Both the position numbers and the translations under genes were made by a program. 64,000 bases of DNA from Selaginella moellendorffii (taxonomy: Eukaryota; Plantae; Lycopodiophyta): assembly GCF_000143415.4 (NCBI RefSeq), contig NW_003314274.1, positions 311,209-375,208 of the forward strand, written 5' to 3'. The notes beneath the pieces are model-generated. The model did not search any database. It was not told the DNA's origin and saw only the letters and a program-made list of their open reading frames with translations. Below, piece after piece: positions 24,001-36,852 of this stretch. Every line of letters starts with the position of its first letter. Within the stretch, counting starts at the first letter, position 1.

Positions 24001-26890
24001 TCAACCTAAAGGATGAGTTCTCTTAGGTGATGTTTCAAAGAGTCCCTCGTGAAGAAAACTTTTGGGCAGACAGGTTATCACATCAAGCAATCACCATGAT
24101 GCGAGAGGCAAAAGGCACTCCTTGCTCTTTAGTTTCCAAGGTCAAGGAGGAATCTGAGATAGATGAGCCCCATGAGCCCAAGGTTCTCCAAACTCCAAGG
24201 TTCATGCTGTTTTCCTAGGCGATGACAAGGACCTGGTCTTTATTGCCATATCACTTGCTTCAACAAATGTAGCAAAACTCTTGGCTCTCCTTCATTGTTT
24301 CAAGGACATGTTTGCTTGGGACTACAGCCAGCTTTTAAGAGTTCCCATGGACACAATCATGCACAATATTGTGCTTTTAGAGTCAACCAAACCAGTCCGT
24401 CAAAAGATGCAACATTTCAGCCCGATAGCTCACTCAGAGATGAAGTTGGAGATCAAGCGACTTCTGGCAGCTGGCTTTATTTACCCTTTGGAGAGCTCAG
24501 AGTGGGTGCCAATCTTGTCCTTGCACACAAGGCAAATGGAAAACTCCACCTCTGCATTGATTTCCGAGACTTGAACAAGGCAACTACGAAAGATCACTTT
24601 CCAACTCCATTTATTGATGCGATTGTGGATGAGATGGCTGGACACTGTTACTACTCTTTCATGGATAGCTTTTCAGGGTACAACCAGATCTTCATTCATC
24701 CCGATCATCGAGATCTTACAGCCTTCTGGGCACCTTGGGGCGTCTTCGCTTTCAACATCCTCCCGTTTGGCTTGTGTAACACTGGAGCTACTTTTCAGCG
24801 CTTTATGACCCACATCTTTCATGATCTGGTTGGAGGTGCCTTGAGGGTGTATATGGATGATCTGTGCATGACCTTTGATTCCTTTGAGGACCACCTTGTG
24901 CACTTGGAGCAGATCTTCACTCGCTGCCGACAACACAGGTTTTCATTGAACCCGGCAAAGTGTAAATTCAGGGTGACTAATGGCCAGTTGCTAGGCTTTG
25001 ATGTCTCACAGGATGGGATCAAGCCCCAGGTAGCCAAGGCTCAGGAGATTCTGGATCAGAACCCACCAACCAATGTGAAGCAACTTCGTAGCTTCCTCGG
25101 GCAAATGGGTTTCTTTTGCCGTTTCCTCCACAACTATGCTGCACGTTCACGTCCCCTGATAGCTCTGCTACAACACAACATTCCATTTGTCTGGGGTGAG
25201 TCCCAGCAACAAGCCTTTGAATCACTGAAGCAGTCACTCCACATAGCCCTAGTACTCCAACCACCAGAGCGACAACTTCCTTTCGACATTTACATCACAA
25301 TGGGTACAGAGGCTTTTGGAGTATGCCTTTGCCAATGTTCATAGCCTGGCAAGCCACCACATGCAACATACTATGCCTCACATCCGTTCAAGGAGATTGA
25401 GAAGAAGCACATGGATGCGGGAAAAGAAGCAATGGCTGTTGTTTACATCTTGGAGCGATTTTGTCGCTTTCTCGCTGGAGCCTATATCCATTTCCACGTC
25501 TATTTTAATGTGCTAACCTTTCTTTTACAGCGACTGATTCATAGTCCTCATACTTTGTCTTGGATTGTGACCATCCAAGAGTTCCAGCCAACTTTTCACA
25601 TGCGGCGGAAGCGTGTGATGGATCCGAATGAGTTCCTGGTTGCTAAAGTTACTTCCTTTGTGGTCCCAGTAGCATTACAGGACATTGTAGTGTACCTGGA
25701 TTTAGGTCAATTCCTAGTAGATTCCTCACCAGTACAAAAGGTATTGGAGATCCGAGCATGAGGGTTTTGCCTTTTCAACGGACACCTTTACAGGAGGACT
25801 TCTCAAGAAGTTTTGTTGTGGTGTGTGGGGGAATACAAGGTCCCTGAGCTCCTTCGTACTCTCCACTCTTGTGCGGGGCATTTCTTGGGACGGATCACAG
25901 CACAGCTCCTCTTGCACCATGGCTACTTTTGGCCTCGGATTCACCAGGACAGCTTGGCCCATGCAAAGGCATGTGAGCAGTGCCAACGGTTCAATCCCCA
26001 GAGCCATGTTTTATGTCTTCCTTTCTAGCTCATCACTTCTCTGGGTCCCTTTTTACAATGGGGATTTGACTTTGCCGGCCCGATCAACCCACCAAGCTCA
26101 AAAGGGCAATGATACATCATTGTGGCAATGGACTATTTCACAAAATGGGTTGAGGCCACCCCTCTACAACAAGCAGATCAACAGTCTATTGCAAAGTTTG
26201 TCTACGAGTAAATCATTTGCTGATTTGGAGTTCTTGCTATTTTGATTTCCGATCGTGGTAGCAGCTTCCTTGGACAAGTGATGCAGCATTTTCTCCAACG
26301 ACTGTAGGTCAAGCACATGAAGAGCAGCAGCTATTATCCTGAGTGCAATGGCCAGGTGGAGTCCAGCAACAAGATATTGAAGACAGTCATTTCAAAGCTT
26401 GTGGAGGATCACCCAAGGCGTTGGCATGAGCACTTGGTTATGGCGTTGTGGGCCTTTCAGACGTCTTTCAAGACATCCATCTCTGTGACCCCTTTCTCCC
26501 TTGTCTATGCAATAGAGGCCGTGCTTCCAATGGAGATCCAAGTGCCATCACTCTCACTTTCACTTCGATATGCAGTAGCGATGCAGCTTAATGATGAGGA
26601 CAAGCTTCATACATGTGACTTGGAGGTTCTTGCCTTGGAAGAATAGTGACGATCCATATCAGAACATCTCCTTTGAGGCGAGCAGAAGATCAAGTCAGTC
26701 ATTGATCACCAGCAGTCTGCCGAACCATTCGAGGATGGCAATCTTGTTCTACTCAAGGAGTTTATGCCACCTTCGAAGTTCTCCCCTCACTAGATTGGCC
26801 CCTACTTTGTCCAACGACACATTGGAGGTAGAGCATATGTGCTAGTTGATGCTGATGGATGTGAGCTCCCACATGCTCACAACCACTCTC
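21040..26890 (+). pseudogene. B2 gag-pol polyprotein (gag, protease, aRH, RT, RH, integrase) with stops and frameshifts
   Basis: Protease LVDSGSRSNIIS ~22480; RT ...FMDSFSGYNQI...VYMDDL (24295-25344); integrase HHCC and core (25813-26646). Confidence 0.9.
23707..24090 (+). pseudogene. Additional archaeal-type RNase H (aRH) domain between protease and RT
   Basis: AYFNGA...TNEAEYLVAISAMKLA...GDAQLIIRQLTGEYQVR...RVPREENFWADRLS, typical RNase HI-like motifs. Confidence 0.85.
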
Positions 26891-29800
26891 ATCTCAAACG
26901 ATTCATCCGGTGAGATGTTCCTCTTCTCTTCTTTTTCTTTTTCTTTTTCTTCTTTTCTTTCACTTTACTTTCATGGCTCCTTTTCTACTTTTAGAGGGTG
27001 TTTCTTCATTGGACCATGGCCCATGCCTTGGATTTTGCACTCAAGCTACATTGCCATTTGTATGGATGGTGCTCACTTGGCTTGGTCTATGTTCCAGGTT
27101 CTTTGGTCCTTCCCTTACCATTACTACACCCCACAAATTCCCTTCACTCATTCCATATCATCTACACTCATAGTTCCATCATCACTCACTTCCAGTAGCA
27201 TTGCCCACACTTATCTCTAGATGCCCGTCTTGCATCTTTCATTCTTTCACAATCATTCACATCTCCGCTTGAGGTCACATTTACACCATACCACAGACAC
27301 ACATACATGCACCAGCAGCAAAAGACACCACCTCATTTGGACATGCTGTTTCCGAGATGTCCTTACGACCATTTGCCGACGACACACTAGCTTTTTTTGG
27401 AGCGACTTTCTTCCAACTGGGTGAGCCTGTTCACTCAAGGCACCTAGGTGGATCTTTAGGCGAGGCCACAAAAGCCGAAGCCACTTTCTTCTGCTCCAGC
27501 ACTCAATGGACACATGCCACCTCCCTTGACCAGCAACCCAGCGACCACACCGTCCTTTTCAGCTGCTGCCTTCTTCAGTTACTCTTGTTTTAGAGACGGC
27601 CACCTTCTCAGAGTGCCACCACCATCTCAGCACTCCACCATATCACTCCATATCGGTGCTGGAGCAGGCACAAGAGTAGGAGCGAGAGCAGGTGGTTACT
27701 AGTTACAAGTTCCCAGTTATGGGTTATCAATTACTTGCTACTCCGAGAGGTCAACACTTACTCTACGGGCCAATGGTTATCAATGGCCACCTTTTTAGAG
27801 TGCCACCACCATCTCGCCGCTCCACCATATCACTCCATCTTTCATCATTCCCACACTTACCACCCTTGGGCAATGCATCCCCTCTTCTACCTCTCTTTCT
27901 TTCTCGATTTCGGCCAATCTTTGGAGCATACTGGAAGTCATCAAGAGGCTACATTTGCATATTACACTTTCCTGAGCCGAAATCTAGATACGGGTTAAGT
28001 TTTTTAGGTACTCACACTCTTTTTCCCCTATTTTTTCCCCTTTTTCACACTTTTTCTGCACTTTTTCTTCAACTTCAGGGTCCAATTTGACTACAGGGTT
28101 TCCCACCGGGTTTTCCTCCCTATCTCCAAACTTTACACCTACCTCTTTTCTTTCTTTTCCACTTTTTTTTCTAGAGTTTCTATTATTTCACGCAGCTACT
28201 AGCACTTGGCATCAATAGCAAAGGTGCACTCTACACTCTTCGGTGGGTTCTCATGCGTCTGGAGCCAGCAGGATCCACCGTGGTCACATGTTAGGGCATG
28301 GCCACCGAAGGAGTGAGAGAGAGAGGGAATATTTTGGTCCTCAAAATATTCCCCATCTTCATTGTATAAAACCCTTGGCCTTTATAGTGAGAGCATGCGG
28401 CAACTCTTGTGTTATTCTTAGTCTACAAAGAATTTGTAGGAGCTCTTTGATACAGTTTGTTAACTTCACAATAACAAGCACAAATCTTGTAAGTGTTCAA
28501 GGAGTCCTTTTGTCGAGAATCATCATGATGATTGCTGTGGACATAAGAATAGGAACACCCATCACAAGTTGAAGTCTTTGGTGGCTACTTCAAATGTAAA
28601 GGGGTTAAAGAAGTAAAAATTCTTTATGAAGAATTATAGATAAAGTTGTTATCATAGTGGCAAGTTTGGACATTATAAGGCTAATTGTTTCTAACTAAAG
28701 AATAAGCAGTAAAGGAAAAAGAATAACCAATCTTCTATTGATGGATGCTTGGCATGATTCCTCACACTGGTGCACTAACTTATACCCAATATGCACTATG
28801 GATCATAGTTTAGGATTCTAGTTCCAAGTCCTCTCGCTATCAATTTATGATCATGTATAAACTCTTCCATACTTAAACCCATAAGCCACCTCTTTTGAAG
28901 TCAACACCTTAAACTAGGGTTTTTATTCCTCCAACTTGCTAATTTTGCTTTGTTATCATGGAAAAACGGGTGTTACGGAGAAAAGAGGAAACAAAGGGGA
29001 TAAGTTGGAATGGTGAAATCACAAAATGGTTGGCTTAGTTGAGTATTTGGTCGCCAGTCGGATTACAAGTCCAACAAGAATAGAAAGAGAGGCTACATGA
29101 TTGGCCAGTCGTACAACTCCTTGATCCACACTAAGAACTTGGCCGTCAATAGAACTGAAGGTGGGCAAGGATGGCACAGGCCACAGAATCAACAAAAACC
29201 CAGAACAAGTGAATGCACTGGTACAATAGAAAGTAAAACTGAGTGAAAACTAAATGCATCTCAATGTCAATCCCGGAACATAGAGTAGAAAGTCAAATCT
29301 CACAAGCAGTTGATAAAGAAAAGTTTTACAGAGTTTTCCTTTGTGTAGAGTAGAGATGGGATAAAATTCTCACTCTCACAGCTAGCCTATTTATACTAAG
29401 TCCTTGGCAACCGTGTCCGTGCTTGTCGCCATGGTCCTTTCGAGTTTGTGTTTGCAGTACGGATGTCGTCATCTGGCAACCGCTCCTGGTAACCACTTCC
29501 AGGTCATTTGTACCCATCCGGTGTTCGAGTCTGTTGTAGAGTTGCTGCTGTAGAGTGCCAAACCGAGATTGCTGAGAAACTGAAGTTGGAGTTGTTGGGT
29601 TGGAACTTGAGTAGTTCGACCTTGAGTCCAACTGTTTGGGACTTAGCGGCATTTTGATGTTTGAACTTGTGCTGCCGAATATTCCTTCCATCCGAATTTT
29701 TCCTTTATCACGCTCCCAGACTTAAACGACACTCTGTCCTCGGAGTTTGTTAACTGCTTGATCAATGTGCCTTCCTTTTGTACTTTTTGTTCATTTTTAT

Positions 29801-29909
29801 GTGAAGCAATTTTCTCATGTAAATAGTTTTCTTTATTTCTCTTAGGTTCGAGCAGAAGGAACTTGATAGACCTGACAGAAATGAGCTTGTACTGGGTGAA
29901 TTCCCCCTC

Positions 29910-32195
29910 TCAGTGTCCCTTGGTGCGAACAGGAGGGCGCGGCATGTTGCTGAAAAACTGCTCATACCGTGCATTGGTCTCTCGGAGTTGGCGCAACTCC
30001 TCGCGCTTGTCTTCAGGCAGATCCGTGGTGGTAGGAAGGCGCTCCGACAGATTGGTGATGGCTGTGAGGAGCTGTTCGTGGTGTTCTTCAATGAACTTCT
30101 GTACTCCAATCAGATGCCCCTCGAACTGGGGCACTTTCTCCTCCATCGTACGGAGTCTTCCTTCCAACTTCTGGCTGATCTCCTCTTTGTGGGCCAGCGT
30201 CAGTAAGATCTGCGCCATGTCCTTGTACTGTCGGCGATGAGAAAGTCGAGCTTCTTAGCGTGGTTTCTCTTGGCCATCACTATGGTGTTCGCAGTGTTCA
30301 CCCTTGCTGTTGTGGGGTGGGGAACGTGCTTGCTTGCGCGTCTCATCCTGCCAACTGGACGGGCACTCCACCTCCATGGGTCGCATGTCGGGTACAGCCT
30401 CCTGCTATCTGTTCTCCGGCAGTGGTGCCGGTGGTACACGCTCCAACACCTGATGTCATCCCATCTCCTCTTCGGTGTTTGGGTCGGTTGGATGGAGCAA
30501 TACTTGGGCAGGCTCCAGTTCCGGTTCTTGAGTGAACCCACCCCACGGGTCCGCTGGAACTTCCTCCTCCCGTCCTTCCTGGTGGTGCTCTTGCTCCGTA
30601 TCCATCACCTCTGTGGCTCTGACTACCGGTATCTCGAAAGGTGGTGCAGAACTCTGTAGGGGAGTTGGGGAGTTTGCAGAAGAGGGGTGGACAGGTATTA
30701 CCTCGATGTGAGCTCCTCGGGGTGTAGCGGGCAGTCGCACTGCTGCTGAACCGCTGCTGCTCCTCGGCCTCCCGCTTTCTTGGCCCTCGGCTCCGCTGGT
30801 GCTTTTCCCGCCCTCGCCCTACGAACTGCTTGCGTACTTATAGGGAGTTGCCTTTCTTGATTTACTTGCTGACGTGGGCAATCCCAGTCCATCAACACCG
30901 TTCTTGGAGTTGGCGTTGATGGGTTACCGTTTAGGGCCTGCTGCTGCTTACGTGTCATAATGATCTGGATGATCTGACATGGAATCGGACGCACAGCTGG
31001 CGGAGGGGTATCTGGTCGTGGAACCGGATGTGTTCGGGCCATCTCGTCGAAGTAGAGCTGAACTCCCTCCTTGGACGAGGTGTCGATATACAGTCCACCC
31101 CATCCCAATCCTGCCGCTTGTCCATCTTCTTCACCTGCATCCGTCTCTTCCTCTTCAATCCCCATGACCACTCGGTCTGTGGGTTCCCCTGGCTTTAAAA
31201 GTCGGAACAGACCATCCTCCTCCGTCTCCACACGCTTGAGGAATGCCATAGTTGTCCGATGATCCGGGATGTCGGTCAGCATTCCATAGGGCCGAAACTT
31301 GTAGTAGTCCCCAACCCTCAGATCAAGGAATGTAGACATGTGAGCCAGAAACGGGTAGAGGATGGTGTCGCCACCATTGTTCTTCATCATCAACTTCCTT
31401 GCCGTCTCGACTACTCAGATAAACGACCCCCGAAAAATCATAGCCCAGTTCATGAACCGATTCCAATCCACTGGGATGAACGCCCACAGCACGTTGACGG
31501 GGATGCTCTTCGGGTTGTTCCTGCACCCCATGATCACGCTAAGAGGGCGAAGTACTGCTACCACCTTGGCGCAGAACTCGGATAGCTGCAGCCCCCTGGT
31601 CTTCGCTCTCCTTGCGAGATGTTCCTCCCAGGTCGTCCCCTCCTTCAGGTACAGCTTATACTCGTTGTAGATCTTCGACGGCGGCTCCTCCATCTCATAC
31701 ACCTTGTTGGGGAACCTCGAACACCTTGCTGAAGAACTTGTTATTCAACAGGATCTCTTTACCGTAGAGCCAGATGGTTCCCCTGCTTGGATCCATCGCC
31801 ATCATCATCTGCGAGTAAAACCGCTCTTCCTCCAGAGATGGTCCGTCTCTGAGCAATTTGAAGTTACCTCCTAGTTCACAGTAATTGAACAAGACACTAT
31901 CAGTGTTCTTCCCCTCGCACCTTGCCTTCTTCACCTTGAGCGGTAGGAGAGAAGAACTTGCGATTGCCGTCATCCTGGTTGCATTTTCTCTGATGGTGAA
32001 CACTGTAAAAAATGCAACCGTCGGCTCCGACTTAGAAACCCTAATCGCGTTTTCCTCCGTCGGAACTTCTTTTGGCTTTTTCTCCCGTAAACGATGATTC
32101 ATCCTGACCGTTGCTTCCACATGCCAACGGTTGAGGTCCCACTTTGGTGCGAAAAATGGTTCAGAAAAATAATTGGGACTTAATATCTCGGCCAC
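29910..32195 (-). pseudogene. Extra ORF2 of element C: second plant-mobile-like domain, Pro/acidic region and C-terminal coiled coil
   Basis: ORF pieces 32195-31695, 31702-31415, 31393-30698, 30740-30456, 30218-29910 join by stops and frameshifts; FSKVFEVP...MNWAMIF parallels eORF1. Confidence 0.55.
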
Positions 32196-32216
32196 CGTGC
32201 AGCGAAATTAATCATC

Positions 32217-33017
32217 TTAATTTGCGCTCCGTCGTAACAATAGTGTAGAGTAGGTGTCCCACTGTGATTGGATCGGGATGCGTCCCCTGATTTCTCTTGC
32301 TTCTTGCGCCCGCTGCACTGCATTAACCATCTGCTTTAAAAGTATGCTCGCCCAATCAATAGGATATTCGTTGTGGAACTGGTGAAAGATCCACATCACT
32401 TCCAGTCTAACTCCTTGTAGTCCATCCTGATAATCCAATGCATGTGCCAGTGTGACTATCTGTCTTCGGAATCCAGGTGCCAACACCTTCTTGCCATAGG
32501 AAAAACGGGTTGTACTCCCCAGATCCTTCGTCCGTAAATACGGTTCCAACCACTTGGTGTCAGTTGGAATTTCTCGTGTAGGATCGACTTCTCCTCCTAC
32601 CTGAGGAATGTTGAATGCCTTTCGAATTTTCGCTTCGGTCACCAGTGTTTCTCTTCCTTCAAAACACAACATCCTTTGCTCCACGTTGAATCCTCTGATC
32701 ACATACTCCGTGATCTCCTGATTGATGTTGACTTGATGTTGTGCAAACTTGTGCAGCGGTGTCCTCATGATCCAATGCCAATCGAACTCCTTTTCCGGTT
32801 TTCCATATGTATCCCGCAGTTTCATCTTAACTTCCATTTCGCCAGTGTCTTCATCGCTCGATTCCTCCCAGTGTACTTCCGTACCCCAGGCTTCTACTTC
32901 GGCTTCTTCCTCCTCTCGCTCCTTTTCCGACTCGGACTCCTCTTCATCTATCGCTGGTAGAGGCTCTCCCAGACTTACCTGACAATCCGTCTCGGGCGGT
33001 AAGAGCAGAGGGTTACG
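32217..33017 (-). CDS. Extra ORF1 of element C: acidic linker plus plant-mobile/Transposase_32-like domain, in frame with integrase
   Basis: Open frame continues from the single TGA at 33018-33020 through EEESESEKEREEEE into ORF 32217-32837 (EYVIRGFNVEQRMLCFEGRE...IRKAFNIP...PIDWASILLKQM). Confidence 0.6.
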   Translation of the reverse strand, partial: RNPLLLPPETDCQVSLGEPLPAIDEEESESEKEREEEEAEVEAWGTEVHWEESSDEDTGEMEVKMKLRDTYGKPEKEFDWHWIMRTPLHKFAQHQVNINQEITEYVIRGFNVEQRMLCFEGRETLVTEAKIRKAFNIPQVGGEVDPTREIPTDTKWLEPYLRTKDLGSTTRFSYGKKVLAPGFRRQIVTLAHALDYQDGLQGVRLEVMWIFHQFHNEYPIDWASILLKQMVNAVQRAQEAREIRGRIPIQSQWDTYSTLLLRRSAN

Positions 33018-36000
33018 TCACAACTTGGTCAGCTTGTTGATGTTTGTGCTATGTTGAGCATCAGGATCATTCAGTTCCTCAAGTAGTACATTGCCGTTGA
33101 GGTTAACCTCACGCACAACATATGGACCTTTCCACTTGGGCACAAACTTATGACCAATAGGTTTGATCTTACCCTGGTAGTGATATACCCAGTCACCAAC
33201 ACAGATAGGATCCCATTGATGACTGCGCATCACACGATCATGCCACGCCTTCTGCCTTGACTGCATAGCGCGGATGTGGTAGTACGCTTCCAAGTGCTTC
33301 TCGTCCAACTCCTCGAGTTGTTGGAGACGGTGCTGAAGAACTTCGATGTCTCTGAGCTAATGCTCCACGGCAATTCGAAGTGAGGGAACAATGAACTCGA
33401 TGGGTGTAATCGCTTCCAGTCCGTATGTGAGTTGGAACGGTGTTTGTCCTATAGCTGTTTTGTAAGAAGTGCGGTAAGCCCACAAAGCAAAGGTTAGTTT
33501 GTCATCGCAGTCCCTCCTGGACTGGTTAACAATTTTGGCCAGAATGGTCTTCAGGATTTTGTTGATGGCTTCCACTTGTCCATTCGCTTGAGGATAGTAG
33601 GGTGCTCATAACTTCTGTTTGATGTTGTATGCCATGAAGAGATGGTTGATCACCTCATTCAAGAAGTGTGTACCCCGGTCGCTGATGATTTCCAACGGTA
33701 CACCATACCTTGTAACGATGTGTTGGTAGAGAAAGTTTGCCACTTGTCGTGCCTTACAGTCAGGTAACGGGACAGCTTCAGCCCACTTGGTAACGTAGTC
33801 GGTGATGACCAGAATGTAGGAGTTGCGGCGACTGCTTGGAGGGTTGATGGGTCCCATGAAATCCATGCGCCACTTCATAAACGGCTCCAATGGCATCGTG
33901 GGTTGGAGTGGTCGAGCCTGTTGTGCAGGTGCTGCAACGTATCTCGTACAAATGTCGCACTGACGACAATATTTGGTGACATCTTTGAACAAAGTCGGCC
34001 ACTGTAGTCCAGCTTGTAAAATCTTTCATCCGGTTGTTTGCGCAGCAAAGTGTCCTCCATGTGATCCTTCGTGTGCTTCCTCGATGATGAAGTTTGTTTC
34101 CTCGGGTGAAATGTACCGGCATAGGACCATGACCTTTCCTTGGCGATAGAGCACTCCTCCAACGATAGAGTAAGGTCGAGACTTAAGTAGGAAGGTCTTG
34201 CGCTCATCCCATATTTGAATGTGGTTGGGCATCTGCCCAGTCTTGAGATAGTAGTGGATGTCGACGATCAAGTCTTCAGGATCCAGCTTGTATACTTGAA
34301 CCTGAAACAATGAGGCATCCGGAAACTTGTCAGGTATTCCTATTGGTGGTTCTCCCATAGTAATCCTGCTGAGATGATCCGCTTGCTTGTTCAATTGTCC
34401 TGGTCGATAGATGATCTCGAAGTCGAATTCTTGTAGGAGTAAGAACCACCATGCCAGTTGGATTCAGCTTGTTGAGAAGATGGAGTAGTGGTTGGTGATC
34501 GACTACGAACTTAACATGGTTGGCCAACAAATAGTGGCAGAACTTCTTGACAGCATATACCATTCCGAGACACTCCTTCTCAGTGGTCATGTAGTTGGAC
34601 TCCGCTGGTGCCAACCTCTTGCTGGCGTAGTAAATTGGTCGGTCCTTGCCGTCATCTTGAGTCTGTGTGAGCACGCATCCAATCGCAATGTGAGATGCGT
34701 CCACGAGAACGTTGAACTCGCACTGGTGAGGGCGGTCTTCAGGAACTGGAAACTCTGCTGACACTTGTCTGTCCAGTCGTACAGGTTATCCTTCTTGAGT
34801 AGTTCTGTGAGTGGTTTTGCTATTGTAGCATACCCTTTGATGAACCTGCGGTGATAACCCAACTTTCCGAGGAACCGTCGGAGTTCTGCAATGTTGGTTG
34901 GAGACTCCAAAGTCTGGATTACTTTAACTATGTCGTTGTCGATGACGATGCCGTCTTTGTAGATGACATGTCCTAGTAATACTCTCATCAAATTAGGTAT
35001 GGAGAAGCTTTTAAGGGTGGAGTGAAGAAAGTGCACTTCTCCAGGTTAAGAGCGATGCGATGTTGTTGGCATCTCTCAAAACACTTGGCGAGATGTTCCA
35101 GGTGTTCCTATTGTACTGTAAACACTGAAGTCATCTAGGAAGACCTTCATGAACGTAGTAAGATATTCATTGAAGGTTTTTGAGACTAAATGTTGGAATG
35201 TGAACAATATGTTGCATAAACCAAATGGCATAACTTGGTAGGCATATGCTCCCCATGGACTAATGAAAGCTGTCTTGTGTTGATCCTCTAGTGCAACCAA
35301 GACCTGGTTGTACCTGGAGAATCCATCCAAGAAGCTGTACATCTCATGTCTAGCGACAGAGTCAAGAATCTTCTTTGTAAAAGGGATTGGGTGGAAGTCC
35401 TTCACCGTGTTCTCATTCAGCTTCTTGTAGTTGATGCAGATGTGCAGCTTGCCATTCTTTTTTGGTACGATGACAATGGGTGACAGCCACTGTGCATTTT
35501 CAATTGGGTAGATGAACCCAACTTGAAGAAGCTTGTCGACCTCCTCTTTTACCTTCGTCATAAAACTGGGATTCATTCGGTATGGTGCTTGACGTTTGGG
35601 TGTGCTGGTTGGAAGAAGTTGGATCCAATGTGTACAGAGCTCTGGTGGAACTCCCTTGAGGTCGCCATAGTTCCATTGGAAAACATCCTTGTACTGTCGT
35701 AGTAGTCAGTACACTTGCTCCTTAAATCCTCTTGGTAGAACTTTGGTGATCCTCAGTTTCTTGGGCTCTTCTGAAGGATCAGTCAAATCGATTTCCTCCA
35801 ACTCTTCGTTCGTATGCATCGCCAATGTCTCGTCTCATTGCTCAATCAGTTTTTCCACTGATTCTTCTCGCACATTCTTCGCACTTGGTTTCATGAACTT
35901 CTCTGTGAGACCCAAGTTCTTCATGGCGTCCGTGGAATCCACCGTCATCTGGTACAGATCCGCTTCTGCAATCTGCACAAGGTGGGGATTACATTTTAAC

Positions 36001-36755
36001 AGAGCATCCTCATCCTCGTCGCTCAATCTGGACTGCCAGTCGTAATCCTCAATGTTGCGCGGGGTACTTGATTTTGGTAGTCGCGTTTTCGAATTCAAGG
36101 ATATCAGTAACTGCTGATCATTCTTTTGAATGGTTAAGGCATTCACTTCCCAGTCATGTAGGACTCGTGCCTGACGTAACCAAGGTCGTCTGAGGAGTAT
36201 TTGGTATGGGTTTTTCATACTATTCATCCTCAACACAATTAGGTTGGTTGAATAGTGGAAACCTCCAACCTTCAGTTGTACCCCTAGGAGAATCCCTGTT
36301 GGACGTACCTTACTTTGATCCGCCATTCGGACCAAAAAGGGTGCTGGATCCGCTGGTCCCAGCCCATATCGTCAGTACGCCTCTTCCATGATAATGTTTA
36401 CGCCTGATCTGCCGTTGCGGATCTCGTTCCTCCCGATGTTGAGGGTGATGCTGGGTACCTCCTCGTCCCAATCCGGTTCAACCTCAACCTTGTGAACTTC
36501 CAACTCCGCCAATCGTCTAACTTGCCGACCTGGCGTGTTGTACAGATGATCACGTAGGTAGGGTGCTACTGTGATCAATTCTCCAACGGTGAGCGTGACG
36601 GGTCTCTCCATGATGAGTTCCACCAGTCTTTCGACCAGTTCTTTGTTCGGAGGATTGCCTTGCTGTCGCGATTCCTCCAATTGTGAACCACTGGTCATTG
36701 GTTCATCTTTGATCGTAATCAGCGTGTCCGACTTCTTCAGGGACAATCGCTGCAC
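33018..36755 (-). pseudogene. Element C Pol (protease, RT, RNase H, integrase)
   Basis: RT MYSFLDGFSRYNQV...FLDDF (35076-35576); RH DASHIAIG; integrase DYVTKWAEA...SDRGTHF; GPY motif at 33018-33308. Confidence 0.9.
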
Positions 36756-36852
36756 GACCTTTTTCCTGCAGATTCCTCAATTCACGAGATACCTTACGGA
36801 CGGTAGCCTTCTCTTTCTCCCAATCTCGATCCTCATCCACGGCTTGTCGTTT

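Larger units (their letters stand above)
19459..28384 (+). mobile_element. Family B copy B2, near full length: 5' LTR 19459-19646, Trp PBS 19649-19665, 3' LTR from 28289 broken by an inversion
   Basis: TG...CA 188-bp LTR; PBS tggtgaacccagtgtga resembles the tRNA-Trp complement TGGTGAACCCGACGTGA; gag, PROT, aRH, RT, RH, INT all present. TSD ATAG is recoverable with 62113-62116. Confidence 0.9.

Noticed and set aside
26846-28090. Hydrophobic ORFs as an env-like gene in family B
   Set aside because: They are short, overlapping, T-rich low-complexity frames whose continuity differs among B1, B2 and B3; better read as 3' UTR.
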